Source: Promethearchaeota archaeon
GTDB lineage: Archaea > Asgardarchaeota > Lokiarchaeia > Sigyniarchaeales > SOKP01
Assembly: GCA_018238625.1 (NCBI GenBank)
Contig: JABCSY010000127.1
Coordinates: 1-10,396 of the forward strand
Direction of reading: 5' to 3'
Length of the DNA: 10,396 bases
The notes beneath the pieces are model-generated. The model was not told the origin of the DNA, did no database searches, and saw nothing but the letters and a program-made list of their open reading frames with translations. This document shows positions 7,614 to 10,396 of the stretch, in pieces; position 1 is the stretch's first letter, and the number at the start of each line of letters is the position of its first letter. Made by a program: the position numbers and the translations under genes.

Positions 7614-7790
7614 GTTTTATCCATTTAATCCAAGTTATTTTTAATTACCTTTTATGGAATTAAAATTTTATTCTATTGAATTCTATAATTACGAAACTAC
7701 GATAGAATACGGATATAACCCTATACCCTCTATCCCATCAACCAATACGGCATTTGGGATTACTTTCTTAATTATATTATACCCCGCATT
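7614..7790 (-). ncRNA. Putative omegaRNA (reRNA) overlapping the tnpB 3' end, boundaries approximate
   Basis: Expected position for TnpB guide RNAs. A hairpin is visible at 7734..7701: GAUAGA-GGGUAUA-gggu-UAUAUCC-guau-UCUAUC. Confidence 0.5.
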
Positions 7791-9025
7791 GACATCGGCG
7801 TTTAAGATAATTCCTTTCTTGCTTCGAAATAACCCTCTGTTAATTCGCTTTCCGGTATAGTTTTTATGTTTTTGAATCGATTCGTTATCTAAAAAACTGC
7901 ATTTAGAAGTATAAGATTCTTTTTCTAAGATAACATCGATTCCTACTAATTTAGATTTGTATTGAATTTGAGAAATCAATTTGAAATGAGGAAGCTGAAC
8001 GAATTTTTGGTTATTTCTCCGCCCCATATTAACTTTTTGTTTCCAAAATTGATTATACCCGATAATTATCGTTCCAAAATTATTATCGATGCAATAATTT
8101 ATAATTGTTCTTGAAATTTTGTGAAATTGGTCGTTAATTTTGTTATTTCGCTTTTTAGTGAGTTTTTGAATTCTTCTCGTTTCAAACGCGATGCCCCGCG
8201 TATCTTTAACGCTTTTATACTTTGCTAGTTGTTTGTTATAGAATTGATTAGTGGACTTGGCAATACCGCCTTTAATAATTACTGGTTGTAGTCCAGCATT
8301 ATTTACCATAGTTACGATATTTACTAATCCTAAATCAATCCCTAAAATTCTTTTTTTATCTAACTTTAGATTTTTTACGTCTTTCTTGTATATAATCTCT
8401 ACAACGTAATATAACCCCTTAGGAACGAGCCTTATCTGATGTAGTTGGTTTTTAATACGCATTTTTATTGGAGATATGGCTACTTTTTCAGGAAAATATA
8501 AGTAGCCTTCCTTGATTCGGCATTGTTGATTAGTGAAAATTAGTACGAATTCTCCGTTCTTTTTCTTATATTTTGGAGGTCTAGGGCGACTTTGATATTT
8601 TCTTGGTTGTACCCTCCATTTTTTAAGGGAATTAAAAAACGATTTCCAATTCCTATCAACTAACCTTAATATCTGTTGGGCTGTTTGTGAGGGAAGTTTC
8701 TGATACGCTTCTTTATTTTTTAACATATACCATAAATCATAATATCTTAACCAGCTTCCTAAATAAAAGAATTCTTGCCTTACGTAATAATTTGCCACAT
8801 TATAGAGGTTTTTGGATAAATGGCAAAAGTACGAGAGGTTTGCCGTCTTTTTTATCTGGATTTGTTCGGTCAGTCTCATTCCTATGTCTTTCAATAGGTA
8901 TTTGCTCTAATAATAAAGGAGAGGGTGTAAATTTACAGATATTTAAATGTATTTTAAGGAATTTAAAATAAAGGGGAATCAAAATTAATCTTATTCCATA
9001 AATTTATGCTAAAACTTAAAATAAC
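7634..9025 (-). mobile_element. Solo-tnpB (IS1341-like) element or remnant, boundaries approximate
   Basis: tnpB has no tnpA or serine recombinase on either side; its neighbours are porG and an MFS gene. Ends are only inferred from shared GTTATTTT/AAAATAAC blocks. Confidence 0.45.
7689..8879 (-). CDS. tnpB: IS200/IS605-family TnpB RNA-guided endonuclease (RuvC-II-rearranged type)
   Basis: SKNLYNVANY, LPSQTAQQ, PRPPKY, RuvC-I LGIDLG, IIIGYN..WKQ..NMG..NNQKFV, KESYTSK and RuvC-III NADVNAGYNI. ATG 8879 is preferred over TTG 8894. Confidence 0.92.
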   Translation of the reverse strand: MRLTEQIQIKKTANLSYFCHLSKNLYNVANYYVRQEFFYLGSWLRYYDLWYMLKNKEAYQKLPSQTAQQILRLVDRNWKSFFNSLKKWRVQPRKYQSRPRPPKYKKKNGEFVLIFTNQQCRIKEGYLYFPEKVAISPIKMRIKNQLHQIRLVPKGLYYVVEIIYKKDVKNLKLDKKRILGIDLGLVNIVTMVNNAGLQPVIIKGGIAKSTNQFYNKQLAKYKSVKDTRGIAFETRRIQKLTKKRNNKINDQFHKISRTIINYCIDNNFGTIIIGYNQFWKQKVNMGRRNNQKFVQLPHFKLISQIQYKSKLVGIDVILEKESYTSKCSFLDNESIQKHKNYTGKRINRGLFRSKKGIILNADVNAGYNIIKKVIPNAVLVDGIEGIGLYPYSIVVS

Positions 9026-9067
9026 GAACTTTTTAGGAAATGGATATTTACTATGCATAATAGTTTT

Positions 9068-9074
9068 AGGGGAG
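9068..9074 (+). promoter_or_regulatory. Shine-Dalgarno-like AGGGGAG for the terminal MFS gene
   Basis: 9 nt upstream of TTG 9084. Confidence 0.5.
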
Positions 9075-9083
9075 TTTTTTTAA

Positions 9084-10396
9084 TTGTCGCACAATATTGA
9101 TAACGGTGATCATTTTGATTCTGAAAGCAAGCCAGATATAAACGCAATCGCAACGAAAATTACTCCAGATTTCGTTCCTATGATCCGAATTATCTTTTGG
9201 AACAGCATGGGATTCTTTTTTTTCTCATTTTTGATCCCGTACGTCACAATCCAGTTATTAGGAGGTACGGGAACGGTGTTAGGGCTTACATTTTCAATAC
9301 AGACTATGGGTGGATTAATCAGTGCTCCAATTGTGGGTTATTTAACTGACAGAGTTTCAAAAAAACTTTTAATCCTAATAGGGAGTTTTGGGCGTGGAGC
9401 AAGTTATATTTTAATGTATCTGGGTATTTTATTATCTTCTTTATTATTATTCGCTATTGGGATGTTTGTTTTAGGGCTGTTTGTAGGTTTTTTTTGGACA
9501 CCATTAGATACGTTAATTTCCGAGAAGTCAAATAAATCAAATCGTTCATTTGCGTTCGGAAAACGAGCTGGAATGATAGGAAAAGGAAATCTGGTAGGAT
9601 CGCTTACTAGCGTTATTATTTTTGGTTTAGCAATTACATTTACTCCTGAAAATCTTTTTTTGGTTTACAGTCCACTAGTATTGTTTGCAGCATCTAACGT
9701 TCTTGGAGGTATAATTTTTCATCGTAAAGTCAACGAAGAACTTACATACGACAAGCACATTTTCAATTTATTTCCATCCTCAGTCGAACCAATCATGGTT
9801 TCTAAAGAACCCGTGATACCAGATTCTTCTGTAAAACCCAAGAACAACTTAGCGACGGGATTTTTTTTCGGTTTCAGCATGTTGACCATTGCTTTTATGG
9901 TGAGTAGTATGAACCAATCTTTAGCATACCCCTTCTTTCAAGTTTATTTAATTGAAGAATTGAAAGTTGAGATGCCTATTTTAGTGATGTTAATTTATTT
10001 TCCCGCTCAAGTTTTATCTCTGTTATTTGCTCCTAAATTAGGTAAGATTGCTGATAAAGTAAACCCCGTATTAGGGGTTGCAGTTGTAAGTGGATTAGGG
10101 GCGTTAGTAACTTGGTTTATAATTAATTCTACATCGGGATTCATGTTTGGTTTTATCTTGCTTTTTGACGCGACTTTTGCTTGGGGAGGTAACTTAATTT
10201 TACAAAATGTCCTCAGTCGAATATCAAAAATCCACCGTGGAAAAATATTTGGTGCTGCACAGTGGTTAAGCTTATTAGGTGCAGTTCTAGGCCCAACTTT
10301 AGGAGGTTTGGCTTGGGATAGTTTAGGACCAAGCGCTCCTTTCATGATCTCAATATTTATCGAGCTATCCGTAATTCCTTTGTATACAATAGCGAT
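9084..10396 (+). CDS. MFS transporter (MFS_1-like), 3'-truncated at window edge; absent from the ORF track
   Basis: Hand translation is open from TTG 9084 (after in-frame TAA) to the window end: MSHNIDNGDH...IFWNSMGFFFFSFLIPY...GYLTDRVSKK (motif A)...LGKIADKVNP...HRGKIFG...GAVLGPTLGGLAWD. ATG 9180 is an alternative start. Confidence 0.88.
   Translation, partial: MSHNIDNGDHFDSESKPDINAIATKITPDFVPMIRIIFWNSMGFFFFSFLIPYVTIQLLGGTGTVLGLTFSIQTMGGLISAPIVGYLTDRVSKKLLILIGSFGRGASYILMYLGILLSSLLLFAIGMFVLGLFVGFFWTPLDTLISEKSNKSNRSFAFGKRAGMIGKGNLVGSLTSVIIFGLAITFTPENLFLVYSPLVLFAASNVLGGIIFHRKVNEELTYDKHIFNLFPSSVEPIMVSKEPVIPDSSVKPKNNLATGFFFGFSMLTIAFMVSSMNQSLAYPFFQVYLIEELKVEMPILVMLIYFPAQVLSLLFAPKLGKIADKVNPVLGVAVVSGLGALVTWFIINSTSGFMFGFILLFDATFAWGGNLILQNVLSRISKIHRGKIFGAAQWLSLLGAVLGPTLGGLAWDSLGPSAPFMISIFIELSVIPLYTIA

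Noticed and set aside
7689-8879. Calling the TnpB a Cas12 or a nuclease-dead TldR-like protein
   Set aside because: No CRISPR array or cas genes are visible. Both Asp residues are intact and a substitute Glu is present.
7654-8982. ORFs 7654..7860, 8687..8971 and 8800..8982 as a possible tnpA or accessory gene
   Set aside because: They overlap tnpB and show no HUH/Y1 or serine-recombinase motifs.
9026-9046. Targets for a second guide (GAACTTTTTAGGAAATGG) near 2295 and 3194
   Set aside because: Matches are only 8-nt exact blocks or need gaps, as expected by chance.
10007-10345. 112-aa minus-strand ORF
   Set aside because: Antisense shadow of the terminal MFS gene.

Overview
AT-rich window that looks archaeal: GGAGGT/GAGGTGA ribosome-binding sites, oligo-T terminators and an archaeal-type 2-oxoacid oxidoreductase. 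The MFS and membrane proteins resemble those I associate with Asgard/Lokiarchaeia, which is an inference. Left to right: a 5'-truncated GPH-type MFS transporter, an amidohydrolase, two tandem ~80-aa paralogs of unknown function, and a multi-TM protein. Next comes a minus-strand pyruvate/2-oxoacid:ferredoxin oxidoreductase operon (fused gamma-delta, alpha, beta), a solo IS200/IS605-family tnpB, and a 3'-truncated MFS transporter missing from the ORF track. The main finding is that the beta subunit is circularly permuted: its TPP/Mg motif GDG...DN is split between the C-terminus (GDG) and the N-terminus (YDNE), and all four Fe-S cysteines are kept. The TnpB has a rearranged RuvC-II and no zinc finger. 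It is bracketed by a degenerate inverted copy of its 3'/omegaRNA region, and its putative guide position matches the start of one small paralog over 14 nt.
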